The position numbers were made by a program, and so were the translations under genes. Positions 23,701 through 33,250 of a stretch of DNA of 64,000 bases are shown piece by piece. Where the stretch lies: positions 496,001-560,000 of the forward strand of contig OZ025676.1 of NCBI GenBank assembly GCA_964019335.1, written 5' to 3'. The first letter of the stretch is position 1. Each line of letters opens with the position of its first letter. Below the pieces are notes generated by a model. That model was not told the DNA's origin, searched no databases, and worked only from the letters and a program-made list of their open reading frames with translations. Source of the stretch: Diplonema japonicum. Lineage: Eukaryota; Protista; Euglenozoa: Diplonemea.

Positions 23701-26700
23701 GTGGTGAACACGAGCAGCAGGGAACTCAAGACGACCTTGCTTCATGCGGTACTTCACAACATCCCGTGCGGAGTGAGGCTCGATCTCCAGGTAGGCAGAA
23801 GTGTCGCTACCGTTAACAAGCTTCAACATCCCTGTCATATTCACTACAACATCAACGTCCGGCCAAGGGGTGGCAACACCCTCCGCATCCACCGCAGTGA
23901 CGACAATTTTGAAGACTTCTGTGACATCCTCTGTAGCATGCAAAGGCACAACCGTTGCGTTCTCATCTTTATAGACTATAGCAGCCAGTGCGACAGTAGG
24001 GTCATAGAACTGTACTCTGGAGATGATGCCGCCCTTCTGGACGACCTCGCCGTCAATCATGGACGTGTACCCAATACCGCCTCCTGCACCCGCTGTGGAG
24101 TGCAGGGTGAAATGGCACAGAAGACAGCCTGAGCTAGGTTGTATTACTACTAGTGCCCCCCAGCCGTAGCCTTCCACATGCGTGAAGTCCCATGTTGTTC
24201 TTCTCAAAACAAGACCATGCGGCCCTGTGTCGTAGTCAGGGTCGCCCTCATACGGGCTGTAGAATGATACAGTGACTGCACCATAGTGGAATTCATCTGA
24301 GAATCCGCCGTGCATGCTGTGTGGCTGCACCCAAACTTGCAACCCAGGTGAGAGTGGGGCAAAGATCTCAGGAGCACTGATGCTTGTCCGTTGCTCGATC
24401 ACTTCTGTCCGTCGTGGCTGAATGGGCAGCGTAGTCGTCAGATTCACTGGTTTCGGTGTTATCGTCACAGTGGGGGTGATAGACACCGTGCTATCGGGGG
24501 GCAAGGAGGGGTTTCTCGTGCTCCCTATGAAGTGCAGTTTCAGCACGTCGGCTATCCCGCGAACCGGCGTCCTCATTTCAACAGTTGCATTCCCGTGCTG
24601 CACCCTGATGATGCAGCCGTTTTTAAACCGCGAGCAGCCTACAGCTGACTTTACGCGAAATGCCACAGCAGCGATGCCACCAACGCCCACAAGGTCTGTC
24701 GCATTCTGAAGCACGACAGCGGACATAGGGTGCAAATATGTATCTGCAGTCACCTCAGGGTTCTTTAGGACGTCTGGTGGTTGATAGATGCCGTTTATAC
24801 CCGGCTTAAATGCTCTGCCACTGCTGTCGAGCAACGTCATGTTCACCACCAACCCGTTGAGGGCCTTGGGAGGGAGGTGCACGCCGTTATCCATTACACA
24901 TGAGATGTACAGTACGTATGTGTACAACGCTGTGATGTGTGCTGCACGCCCCGCGTTGCCCTGGAAGGGAGGGGGGTGTGCCCCCCACCACGTGGGCTGA
25001 GGTTGTGGGTCTGCACTGTGCCTTTTCGGTACGATAGTGAGAGTGGTGATGTTCCTGATGACAGGTCTTGCAACCACAACCTCCCACCGCAGCAAGACAC
25101 CGTTTATCAACGTCATCGCAAAGATGGCAGTTGCCTCGTCGTAGCCAGGTTCGATCTCGGGAGTCACCGTGATGCGAGCCTTGCCTGACACAAAGACATC
25201 AGCTTGAGCACTAGGAATACCACCTATTTCGCTTCGTTTATACTGTGTGGTTAGTGACCACCCACCAGAGGGGGTCAACAGGTCTTCTCCAGCCTTGCTT
25301 GCCATGACATTCATGGTGCAAGGTACGAATGCCATGCACTCCACAACACCATCTGCCCTCAACATTGCCACTGGCACATCAAGAACCAGCGCATCGGGCT
25401 GCTTCCCCTCCACATTAACCCACAGAGGCAGGGATCGAAGCACTGTGCCGTCCCCCAACGTGGTGGCGAATTTGAACCCACACCCCAGTTTCAGTGAACT
25501 GTCGGGACACCCCGACCTGAACTGCATGTTGTACTGCACAGCCCCACCACTCATGGGCTGTGTTGTGGCCTCTGGGGGCCAGTTCCAATTAGTGCTCGTT
25601 TCAAAGGAACATGTGCTCAGAACGTTCTCCACGCTGAACAGCTGCTGGTTGTCCGACACCTTGCAGTCAGGATCAGAAAGCTCTGCACAGTACTCAAGTG
25701 TGACAGTGGAGAACCCCAAGTGGAGGGGAATGGTATTCGAGGTCAGCCTCACGACAAGAGTCAGGATGTCGTTCTGAGTGAGGAGCACACTGCGTGAGCG
25801 ATAACCGGTTTCCGTGGTAAAAGCGCCAGTTGGTATGCTGCAAGGTGAACCACAAAGCAGTACCTCTCTGGTTGTGTTCCACGACCTGCCTACTACTTCC
25901 ACGGACAAACCGTCGGGTGCCATGGAATGGTACCACCCAGACCCGCCACCTGTGGATTCGTCGCCTAAGTTCCACAGTCGGTACACGGTGCCGTTGGCCT
26001 TCTGTAGACACACCTGTACCCTTGTGTTGCCACCCAGTAAATCTGCAAATGTAGGGTAGAAGGCACTCGCATTTGAGACAGTGCGTGTAAGAACCTGCCA
26101 GTTGAGGTCTTGAGAGCAAACGGTTGCGCTCACTGCAATGCGATCCTCACAGGATGCCCCGCACCACACAACGGTGTAGCTGGTGTCGTACACGGTCACT
26201 CTGCTACTTTGCACTGCGAACCCCAATCGTGACGGCACCACAGTGAGCGTGTTCCCCTCCGGGCCAGTGAGCATCCTCCACACACTACTCCCTGCCACCT
26301 TGGCACACACCATGTACTCTGCGACGCTTGCATCCTCCACACCTCGCAGCGGCACTGTGAACCCACTGCTAATGTCAGTGATGTGCAGCCCCGACGCTGG
26401 TGCTGCGCATGTTGTGTGGTTCTTCACTAGCCAAGCACTCCCAGACCATGTTTTCGTTTCCACCCACTTCATTTCAACAGGTGTGCCCTGCATGATCCAT
26501 GCGCTGTCAAAACCCGAACCCTGCCTGAACCTGCTGTGCACACCAGAGACTACAGTCTGGCTACTTACGCGCAGTGGTAACCCAAAGGTATAAGTGGTTG
26601 CCAAAGATCTTCGCGTGCGGAAGACAGTGCCAGCAACGTTCTTCGCTTCCACCCACTGCTGCGTGCCATTAACGGTGGTGAACACGCACAGCTTGTAGGA

Positions 26701-29700
26701 CTGTGAAGCATCGTTGGGAGAGTTGGCGAGGGTCAGAGTGATGGTAGCTTGTTTTGCGAAGCGGTCACCTGGGCCTAAGTCGTGCAAATGAACAGACGGA
26801 GTGATATCAAGCCCGAGGTGGTGAGCAGCTGAGGTGCAGGTTGAATCTGAGGAAAGCAATTTGATGCCATCTTCGCCACGGTTTAGGTTAAAGACATCAG
26901 TTGTTGCGTTTTGAAGGCACTGCCCCCCGACCATAGCGCAGCGCTGTAGAACGATAGGTACTGCACCTTGGTTTACAAGTTCACTGACTGTGGACCACCT
27001 GACGTGGTTGTCTACAACAGTCGTGACCCCTACGGGCACCCACCCGCCTGTGTTGTTGGAAGCAGCGCACAGTGCATAGTCACCTGCGTTTTGCGGAGTA
27101 GTGAATTCAAACAGTCCCTCCCGCCCGAGCAGGCGGACCTCCCTTGTCGTTGCTACAAATGGTGATGCTTCCGTTGACCCACTAGCTCCCGTGCACATAC
27201 TCACGCCCCTCCTCTCGACCGTCAATGCAGGCTCTAGCGTGGTGGATCCCGTTTTCCTATTCCCCGCTCCGTGATACTGCACTGTTGTCGTTGTTCCGAC
27301 AGCTTCGATGTACAACAGGGTGCCACTGGTGCTGAAGGTGTAGTGATCCGAAGTATTCCCAACGAGCCCCCTCTCTATTACTAGCCGCCTCTTCCCATTG
27401 ACCACAGCATCAGAGATGACCCTCAGTGTTGCCTGCACAATTGTGCCTTCTGCATGGTCGCCTAGGACCCGTTCCTCGATGTCGGTGATCCCCCCAGTGG
27501 AGGGACTCACAATGATGGCGTAGGTAGACTTCATAGCAGTGCCACCGAAGCCTATCCCATACCACACATCAAGAGGTGCATCAAGAACAAGGGTTGCGGT
27601 CTGCAGTGCAGTGTCAACGGTGATGCTGGCTATCGACGTGAGAGGCGACATAAAAATGTCCTCGTCGGTGGTCTGTTCCATCTGCAAGCGGCCGGTGGCA
27701 TACCCATTGTGATGCGCGAGTGTAGCAGACTTGCCATAGGCAGCAATGCAGGGCATGACGGTGGTACTCGTAGAAAAGCTGAAGTATGAGTGGATGTTGG
27801 TTCGGTTCAATACAACTGTCCGCAGACCACTGGTACGCTTGTCTGACACAACTGCGAAGCTGGACGGGCTCAGTAAGGTCCCTGCATTGTGGTCCCCTAG
27901 CACCCGCTCCTCAATGCCAGTCGAGAGCACAACAATGCTGAATGTGCCACGCATTGCGCTGCCAAACCCAACTGCGAACCATCCAGACACGGGTCCTGCA
28001 AGAGTGATTTCTGTGCTGCCTGTCTCGACACGCACACTGACATAAACAGACAAAGTGGCAAACGAAGCAGACCCAACGCGAGGAACGTCAGCCAGTGTCG
28101 CCCTCTGGATAGGCACCGCTCCAGGAGGTCTGCTGAGAGCTACCATCTTCGCTATGAAGTGGTCAGGATTAAGTACAGGGGCCTCAGTGTCATCCGCTAC
28201 AATAAACTGTTGCAGACGCCCCCCAAGCACCAGCCCCTGAGGCACGACAGGGACGAGACGCGCTGCCGGCTGTATCCCTTGTGGCTCTGGGAATTTCACT
28301 TCAACCCAATTCCTTCCCGCCTGCTTGTAGCAAAGCTTTAGCAATGGCCTTGTATTGCCCGTCCCAGGTTCCAAGGGTGTGATAGGCAACTGGAACACTC
28401 CCGCTGCATAGGAGGCAGTTTCGTAAGGAAGGCTTGTAAGAGGCAGAATACCGGACCAGGGGTAGGGGTTGATGCTAAGCATCGATTGCAGCGCAGATTG
28501 ACCAGCGGGAGTGTCGCAGTCGCCCCTGCAGTACCACTCGCGCACGATGCTGTTGTTGAGACACGCTAGTGTGCCGGTGATGTTGTTCGTAGGGCAGAAT
28601 AAGCGAAGGTCCAGTGCAGCCAAGTAGGACGTGTAGTGGACGTGCGGAGATGGTGTAGAGCTCCGAGGAGACAGGCTTCTGTTGAGGGGCAGGGTTGGGA
28701 CGCATGACCTGTCACTTGGGACCATCCACATCCAGTCCTCTCTCACGACAAGGTCATCATCCTCACTGTGGACCACCACAGCAACGTCATTGCCCGCAGT
28801 CAAGGTGTCCATGTAGTGGATACGTATTGCTGGCCGTTGCGCAGTAATAAGTGAAGTCTTAAGCCCCACCCAGTTGAACCCTCCGTACCGCAAGCACACC
28901 CTGTATGACGCTCCTGCTTTGGGAAGGACAACATAGAAGGAAACATCTCTCCGTTGTGCACTGCTCGAGTGTGATGGGCCCCTGCAGTCCATGCTCCCAT
29001 AGTCAAGGTTTAAAACGTCGCACTCAGACACCCCCGGATCGTCACTGTGCGCATGCGAGACGTACCCCACAGCGTGCAGTCCTTCGCAGGGGGCTCTATA
29101 AGGCACTATCCGGATGCTGTACCCCACCGAATCCCTAACTGCGTCCCCACTGCTGTACGCCCTCCCTACATTGTTGGAAAGTGTGTTGAAGGGCAATAGC
29201 AGTTTGTCATGCAGCCGCAGTTCACCGATGGAGCCCTCCCTTGTGTCGTTGAGGCTCCAATCGACTGAGAGGTTTCCAATTGCATTCCGAAGCGTGTCAG
29301 GAAGATAATAACCAGGCACAAGGTGCTTGAAGGGATAGGATACAGATGAGAGGCTTGCCCACTTCGTAGGGAGTGTTGGGTCGGATGCGTGCCTAAAGGA
29401 CAGCTGTCGCCATCCATTGAGGCCTTGCGGCCTATAGCAGACTCGCCAGGCAGTGCCGTAGGCGGGGAAGTGCAGGGAGGCGAAGGCCTCTCGTGTAGTG
29501 TTTGTATCTAAGGTGGAGGCTTTGAAGCGGAGTACAGAAGCTGGTAATGACTGTCCCCAAAAGATCATTGCGCTTTCAGTGTTCACCCCCACTCCAGGCA
29601 AAACATCCACATTAGGGCTTAACGTGAATGTGTGGTAGGCCAAGCCCATACCCGCTAAACGCCGTTTGACGAGCACTGTTCTTATTCCCAGCTCAGTGGT

Positions 29701-31830
29701 GTCCACCACTACATCTACACTGCGCGCAAGTGTCCCTGTCTTGTCGTATGAAGCCAGTGTGTTCTCCTGCACACCGTCAGCAGGGGATACGACAATGGCG
29801 TACCCCGTGCCTGATGTGATGGCGCTGCCGAAGCCATATCCAAACCATGTGGTGGCAGGGCCCCTGAGGGTTAGCTGCACCATCCCCGATGTGGACATGG
29901 AGACAGTCAAGGATGTGCTGGCACTTGTGACGTGCCCGGTGTATGTGGTGTAGTGCGCGGTGTCCAGTGCACCCTCCCACCAACGCTCCTCGGTGGGGTC
30001 AGTGGTCAAGTGCACCGTAGCAGTGGGTGTGTGCGACCCGAACTCTGCGTACTGGTCGTGCTCGGAGGTCCAGCATCCCGACTCTGGCGTTGAACCATGA
30101 GGTGCTATGGCCGTACGTTCCACAACACGGTCATACGTCCAGCCCCCTTCGGTGATGCTGTCCACAACATAGTTTACACCGTAGTAGTTCTCAGTATCGC
30201 TGAAGTACGTGTCCGGCACAATACGCAGCTGGTCGCCCCCCACAGTGTGGTAGTAGTCCAGCAGCCCACCCCCTTGGTGTCGTGTCGCCCTATTCGGTGT
30301 CACCACATCTTCGCTCTGCCCGGTGTCGATGCGGACCCACCCCCATGTCTCCGGCGTGAGATCCACTGCAGACCATCTCCACATTTCGTTTTCCACAGTG
30401 AACCACGCACCGCCTTCCTCAAATGCAGTCACTTCATATGTGACACTAGGGAAGGCAGCGGCCCATTCCCCCCTAGTCCAGTGGCAGTAGGGGTTCCCCG
30501 TGTCGTTCGCAACTGGGCACTGTTTGATCTTCCTCCACATTGGTATGGAAAAGTTTGCCGTCTCGGTGGATTTCCATGCTACGCGCTCCTTAAGCAACGA
30601 GAGGCAGACGTCGTAGTCCCCGGCAGGCGGTGTCTTGAGGTAGGCTACGACCCATTCAGTAGTAGTGTTCGCACTATAAGGGTACCGTTGTGGGAACGGG
30701 TCGGAACTGGAGTTGATCAGCGGGTTGAGGTGCTCGGTGCCCCAAACAGCAACGCCGCCTTGCGTGGCACCCTCAGTGGTGGGGGCCAGCCAACCACCTG
30801 TAGTGCTCACATGGTCGGAACCGTAATAAAGATGTTTCGGCGACTCATAAGTGCACGGCCAGCCACGGGGCACAACCTTGAGATCGTCAGCAGACGGAAC
30901 CAATAACGAGACACCACCTTCGTCAAAAGGATGGAATATCTTCATTGCAACATACTGGTGTGGGGTAAGCCGCGAAGGAAGCTGGTAGTAGACCCAAGTG
31001 GAATTAGACACCTGCGGCTCGTACACTCTGCTAGAAAGAGGAAGCCAAGCAGCTCCATTAGTCGCATTGATGGCTAGCTTACCGTCAAGCTCCGACCTCC
31101 GGAAACAAGCAAAAAACGGAAACGCAGGAGCAGTGAATGTAAAGAAAGTGGATCTTGCAATCGGCGACGAACGGTCGGAGGATCCGAACTCAGATGTATG
31201 GAAGTAGAACGTTGTGTTTGGCGGTGTTGAACATGAGGTGCCTGGGGTGTAAGGCCATATGACAGCCTCCATACCCGCGTCCCAGGATGTGTTGAAATAG
31301 ATGTAGTGTTTGATGACACCGTCATTGTAGAGGGAGAGGGCATCGATTTGTGTTTCGAAGTCGGAGGAAATGGTTTTGTTTTCTCTTGAGGAGACGCAAG
31401 CACCCCAAGCACCTATGGTGGTGTTGTCCCGTCTGTAGAGGTAACGGACTGTTAGCCCGTTTGTGACGGTTTCGATATATGTGCGTATCTCGTTTTCGGT
31501 GGCTGTTGATGAACTTGTTCCGTTGAAGCAGGTGAGGGTGGTGTTTTCCACTGACACCATTGTGTAGTAGGAATTATTCTGGACCTCTATTGTGAGGTCG
31601 GTGTAGAGGACGTCGATTTTAAACCGCAGTTCGCGTCCTTCTTCGAATTGTTCTGTTGAGATGCTTGTGTTCAGCCAAACCTCTGTGTGCGGGCCGGGGC
31701 CATATACGCCGCTTGAGAAATCGTATATTATACCCTCCCCGTCATCTAGCAACGGACTCAAGGTCCCTTCACCCCTTTTCAACAATACGATTAAAAAAAA
31801 AAACTTCAATATGAACCTTCTTAACTGCAT
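17707..31830 (-). CDS. Giant (4707 aa) intronless cell-surface protein with three DOMON-like domains, a Cys-rich lectin/link-like module and a C-terminal hydrophobic (GPI/TM) tail
   Basis: 14.1-kb uninterrupted ORF with signal peptide. DOMON-like repeats GPATTWFGYGFG, GPVSGWFAVGFGSAM..EERVLGDH, APLDVWYGIGFGGTAM..EERVLGDH. EEARRLCLRQRGRLCTVPEL module. Ends VIVLYGAVVLVILL*. Confidence 0.85.
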   Translation of the reverse strand: MQLRRFILKFFFLIVLLKRGEGTLSPLLDDGEGIIYDFSSGVYGPGPHTEVWLNTSISTEQFEEGRELRFKIDVLYTDLTIEVQNNSYYTMVSVENTTLTCFNGTSSSTATENEIRTYIETVTNGLTVRYLYRRDNTTIGAWGACVSSRENKTISSDFETQIDALSLYNDGVIKHYIYFNTSWDAGMEAVIWPYTPGTSCSTPPNTTFYFHTSEFGSSDRSSPIARSTFFTFTAPAFPFFACFRRSELDGKLAINATNGAAWLPLSSRVYEPQVSNSTWVYYQLPSRLTPHQYVAMKIFHPFDEGGVSLLVPSADDLKVVPRGWPCTYESPKHLYYGSDHVSTTGGWLAPTTEGATQGGVAVWGTEHLNPLINSSSDPFPQRYPYSANTTTEWVVAYLKTPPAGDYDVCLSLLKERVAWKSTETANFSIPMWRKIKQCPVANDTGNPYCHWTRGEWAAAFPSVTYEVTAFEEGGAWFTVENEMWRWSAVDLTPETWGWVRIDTGQSEDVVTPNRATRHQGGGLLDYYHTVGGDQLRIVPDTYFSDTENYYGVNYVVDSITEGGWTYDRVVERTAIAPHGSTPESGCWTSEHDQYAEFGSHTPTATVHLTTDPTEERWWEGALDTAHYTTYTGHVTSASTSLTVSMSTSGMVQLTLRGPATTWFGYGFGSAITSGTGYAIVVSPADGVQENTLASYDKTGTLARSVDVVVDTTELGIRTVLVKRRLAGMGLAYHTFTLSPNVDVLPGVGVNTESAMIFWGQSLPASVLRFKASTLDTNTTREAFASLHFPAYGTAWRVCYRPQGLNGWRQLSFRHASDPTLPTKWASLSSVSYPFKHLVPGYYLPDTLRNAIGNLSVDWSLNDTREGSIGELRLHDKLLLPFNTLSNNVGRAYSSGDAVRDSVGYSIRIVPYRAPCEGLHAVGYVSHAHSDDPGVSECDVLNLDYGSMDCRGPSHSSSAQRRDVSFYVVLPKAGASYRVCLRYGGFNWVGLKTSLITAQRPAIRIHYMDTLTAGNDVAVVVHSEDDDLVVREDWMWMVPSDRSCVPTLPLNRSLSPRSSTPSPHVHYTSYLAALDLRLFCPTNNITGTLACLNNSIVREWYCRGDCDTPAGQSALQSMLSINPYPWSGILPLTSLPYETASYAAGVFQLPITPLEPGTGNTRPLLKLCYKQAGRNWVEVKFPEPQGIQPAARLVPVVPQGLVLGGRLQQFIVADDTEAPVLNPDHFIAKMVALSRPPGAVPIQRATLADVPRVGSASFATLSVYVSVRVETGSTEITLAGPVSGWFAVGFGSAMRGTFSIVVLSTGIEERVLGDHNAGTLLSPSSFAVVSDKRTSGLRTVVLNRTNIHSYFSFSTSTTVMPCIAAYGKSATLAHHNGYATGRLQMEQTTDEDIFMSPLTSIASITVDTALQTATLVLDAPLDVWYGIGFGGTAMKSTYAIIVSPSTGGITDIEERVLGDHAEGTIVQATLRVISDAVVNGKRRLVIERGLVGNTSDHYTFSTSGTLLYIEAVGTTTTVQYHGAGNRKTGSTTLEPALTVERRGVSMCTGASGSTEASPFVATTREVRLLGREGLFEFTTPQNAGDYALCAASNNTGGWVPVGVTTVVDNHVRWSTVSELVNQGAVPIVLQRCAMVGGQCLQNATTDVFNLNRGEDGIKLLSSDSTCTSAAHHLGLDITPSVHLHDLGPGDRFAKQATITLTLANSPNDASQSYKLCVFTTVNGTQQWVEAKNVAGTVFRTRRSLATTYTFGLPLRVSSQTVVSGVHSRFRQGSGFDSAWIMQGTPVEMKWVETKTWSGSAWLVKNHTTCAAPASGLHITDISSGFTVPLRGVEDASVAEYMVCAKVAGSSVWRMLTGPEGNTLTVVPSRLGFAVQSSRVTVYDTSYTVVWCGASCEDRIAVSATVCSQDLNWQVLTRTVSNASAFYPTFADLLGGNTRVQVCLQKANGTVYRLWNLGDESTGGGSGWYHSMAPDGLSVEVVGRSWNTTREVLLCGSPCSIPTGAFTTETGYRSRSVLLTQNDILTLVVRLTSNTIPLHLGFSTVTLEYCAELSDPDCKVSDNQQLFSVENVLSTCSFETSTNWNWPPEATTQPMSGGAVQYNMQFRSGCPDSSLKLGCGFKFATTLGDGTVLRSLPLWVNVEGKQPDALVLDVPVAMLRADGVVECMAFVPCTMNVMASKAGEDLLTPSGGWSLTTQYKRSEIGGIPSAQADVFVSGKARITVTPEIEPGYDEATAIFAMTLINGVLLRWEVVVARPVIRNITTLTIVPKRHSADPQPQPTWWGAHPPPFQGNAGRAAHITALYTYVLYISCVMDNGVHLPPKALNGLVVNMTLLDSSGRAFKPGINGIYQPPDVLKNPEVTADTYLHPMSAVVLQNATDLVGVGGIAAVAFRVKSAVGCSRFKNGCIIRVQHGNATVEMRTPVRGIADVLKLHFIGSTRNPSLPPDSTVSITPTVTITPKPVNLTTTLPIQPRRTEVIEQRTSISAPEIFAPLSPGLQVWVQPHSMHGGFSDEFHYGAVTVSFYSPYEGDPDYDTGPHGLVLRRTTWDFTHVEGYGWGALVVIQPSSGCLLCHFTLHSTAGAGGGIGYTSMIDGEVVQKGGIISRVQFYDPTVALAAIVYKDENATVVPLHATEDVTEVFKIVVTAVDAEGVATPWPDVDVVVNMTGMLKLVNGSDTSAYLEIEPHSARDVVKYRMKQGRLEFPAARVHHAQPNVTYTFSISALQDPRMLATKLSRQWLPANVTVEVSERAVQDRPYISVSRVLGGTVVKTNSTHQAVKWDADSSSEVSILFTLLRNASREYQVSNQNFTVLVDGPQGLLGDLDSSGAKVALESARGISYGSIIVNVTATPQVLPWMGLITFKHISPRLCQDCRVRVCSVVRTEFGVPVLADNLMEPCITVQLFTVSAKTKRGITLTQTNKVSSSGDTVHGLTLYACNTTIHFSVMPWEELNSARTVDYYTTVEYNVTQAGQELHTSLQKEIMPAEEYDRLTRERSHLVISTTGANWDLTNEFVISAPGFASVTTLAYTWGHPVREPASLVVQEEAVTEFGCATESTRFAAVETGYKTFKKHPGTGMRYTSATDGPMVGQPFLFSAVVESAEGDIALSYPPTRVQVQKYSVLGCGDGGTLKVLSLTNTTGTYDEYTGFTEEPYGVLTRVGIANVWLNFSEPCERCVLSFSLCYQAEPRGNCLVPDAQGSLPKLGGRSIVTKPFSVRPVAASVAVVTSQTYPDYSVITPGENLHLELSSAKSYGNLSWLFGASALSAVLLHVHQEPSALTQWSSQDLKYAYGGFFGRTKDFKNRRVLCPGVEDAVASGGTAFSVIKEFTGTISIDFHFTRPCVGCEVWVETIVKTPSITRSVFPMRHVDAHGVHEVVRFNVKTCGVRYAVQPPFIRLYYRRRPFAIPVWKVDAYGYPSWGYGDVGVQSVHVNTSLVPWVGNGGGGVMKITNVPSGSRNINEVVPGVAIPRFEYSRACYACGFSIADVSCEHTVATEPSHIAVVSGASFDLKLAGLGTSHLFKLETYAADDLGDRSYLIGGPSLLQWRRSYEHTVHSEPFKPWLPHGTPSPSVINNTGWTNVVVLRGDALIDANKGYLKDGTFMDSATRQPWLLLNVTGVLSNVDLNFLYEDDILESTTWDGKEPHIRITPNATHLAVVRPDPTAAYEVTLQEQFFVDIWSIGQVNGSTAWFSASSGEGFVWVELCKGAFEGDGFGKRRGEFLENGAVRLELRIIEGDGPCQITVRHAVYGAAVLSLKINPFMVTQFVWGNTSNVAVDTDVYYNAAGAYMTAWAVAGRQVRISLLCVDDDFELNQHFPKYAVEAAAITTTPAGCFDVFNNGNPSMASGVMSFFGIFSNDTEVCSIDSIKGIPSDTQLTAGLKVQLQTTASAVVVVHTYHGRSSVFKGMNYRTKSGDWAAGTSKVFALEVGVVDEDKLLVKGDHVTRVSITSVPDVLSESAPFFIPTQEVTAEQGFIHIEWTPSTPTKGIVWKNQTVPPAGEAVYDPATGEAACAPVSETHSVVCCKNDPSLVVKNCVVYIAAEVCSSTLNLEEARRLCLRQRGRLCTVPELETCIDTTPCTRTVWANEPCSIEAPRREPASLTNHNPLWLEITVIQDTLEPYVHLVLEPVGPIFVVVVVNQLIVEMQSQVGGPMMALQEGSVSQGLAGGPFSLFVTATDGNGNVPIVAGEGYGSDLKISFTPSDIPCKNGDMPTLLSSCLERCEWVSPPPCTVHPWIIPHGQVLHLANGTGWFRDIIYPHGGSQHVVLVAEDVRPFRFSITFSKSKRLELKGVGAVCSGTGRSVCTFPKGVFKRQTAGGVGAMNMTEQEKSKILPRHWMSMPNHPFTFSIDVWIADESGVPVSMLRGAAIVISALCVGSEGVQPLLAKWENGNITRSANWNTAPVWDGRAAFRDAVFGLPCSTTVLSFRCSMPPEDDPEGICNTLYLETEVLDVMEPFNLVPTPVPERGPVVWPTVNLTLGILAGSMEELYKLHPPTELQKVITQGLKVRSSCRVLDEGEKPFVERTSCEMLIGKDGKTKNPNCECQEIGVRGVQDGDVVILWICLLSQHEATNGGVKDVYKTQYSKCRQPSVTTQGHQATILSATLFPVVEFEVRAGNKSSPSSAQAVLANITTSLTDNTSPVYNTLRLFYSKLKLGSIVSSVALPQPPPETTSTITQSFEFVEIDRGTTVGCNVIVLYGAVVLVILL

Positions 31831-32125
31831 TTTGTCTGGCGTGGTTTCATTTTTTTTTTTTTGCGCCTTTTTTTTTTTTTTTTTTTTTGAAGTGTGGGTT
31901 AGAAGAGTGAGGGGGGAAAAAAAAAAAGGTACTGAAAAAGCTCAACGGGAGGGGGTAATGACTTTTGGCAGAAACAATTCTTTTATTTTAATGTTGCTGG
32001 GATGAAAGGGGGACATCGTCTAAGAGAAATAACAAAGAATGAAAAAAAGAGAGAAAAGTAACACAACGAAGAAAAAAAAAATTAGAGAGAGAGAGAGAGA
32101 GAGGAGAGAGAAAAGAAAAAAAGAA

Positions 32126-33250
32126 GGGAAAAACACCGTTCACGGTAAGCAAATAACTTTTTTCCACCGTTTCCTTAAACCTAAAAATCTTTTTCCACCA
32201 AGTACGGTAACCTGTAACTTTTTTCCCACCAAGAACGGTAACCACAACTTTTTTTCCACCGTTACTGTAATCATCAAGTTTTTCCCTTATGCAACTACAA
32301 ACTTTTTTTTTCCACCAAACACGCGGTTGTACCAATTTGGGAGAGTGGGGTATTCGATCTCGCGTGGAGGTGATCATTTTCGCGTCCCTGAGGCGGATCC
32401 ACTCTATACAAGAAAGGATGTTTAGGCCACGTGCCTCACGAAGAACCTGGGAAGTAAGGTACGAAATTTGATACCTTGTTGTGGCTCTCGACAAAATTCG
32501 TCGAACAGTCCCCGAAGGTGCAGACTGGAACATGTGATAATGCCAGTGCTCCAAGGGCTGAGCCAATAAGTACTTGAGCACGGCTTTGCCCATTTGAGTG
32601 TTCTCAACCTTTCTTTTGTTTCAAACGGGCAAAAGTTAAAATACCTCGTCTCTGGCTTTCTTGAAGTTATCTTGCGAAATAGCTTTCGCAAGCTTCCAGA
32701 AAAGGTTCTTCCCATTGGTTCTGATGTGGCAGTCCTTGGACTCCTTCTTGAGGACCTTTTCGGGGCCTTCCTGAGGTATTCTTACCTTGCCCATCTTGAA
32801 ATGAGAAAAAAAAAAAGGTTGCAAATACTCGAAAATACAAAAAAAAAGATCCAAAATTTTCGAAAAAACTAAAAATGGGAACAATAGAAAGGTTTCATGG
32901 GGAAGTGTAAAAAAAGTTCTGGGTTACCGTGGATGGTGGGAAAAAAGTTTTGGGTTTCCATACTTGGTGGAAAAAAAGTTATGGGTTTCCGTACTTGGTG
33001 GAAAAAAAGTTGTGGGTTACCGTGGATGGTGGAAAAAAAGTTCCAACATACATGGTTTAGTGGAAATAAGATTAGGTTACCGTGGACAGTGGAAACTTTA
33101 TTAAAAAAAACCGTTTTGGTGGAAAAAAAAGTTATGATTACCGTACTTGGTGGAAAAAAAGCTCCAAGTTACCGTGAATAGAGGTAAAAATTCTGCTTAC
33201 AGTACTTGGTGGAAAAAAGTTATTTGCTTACCGTGAACGGTGTTTTTCTC
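32126..33250 (-). mobile_element. Non-autonomous Mutator-like element (MULE) with transposase remnant
   Basis: TIRs G(G/A)GAAAAACACCGTTCACGGTAAGCAAATAACTTTTTTCCACC. 9-bp TSD AAAAAAGAA (32117-32125, 33251-33259). ~30-bp subterminal repeats. Stop-interrupted remnant HIRTN..LFWKLAKA..F..KYLLAQPLEHW..LREARGLNILSCIEWIR, typical of MULE transposase. Confidence 0.88.

Noticed and set aside
32134-33242. Spy-like transposon (AAA|TTT site, no TSD)
   Set aside because: Extending the TIR by 8 bp reveals a perfect 9-bp TSD, and the remnant is MULE-like.
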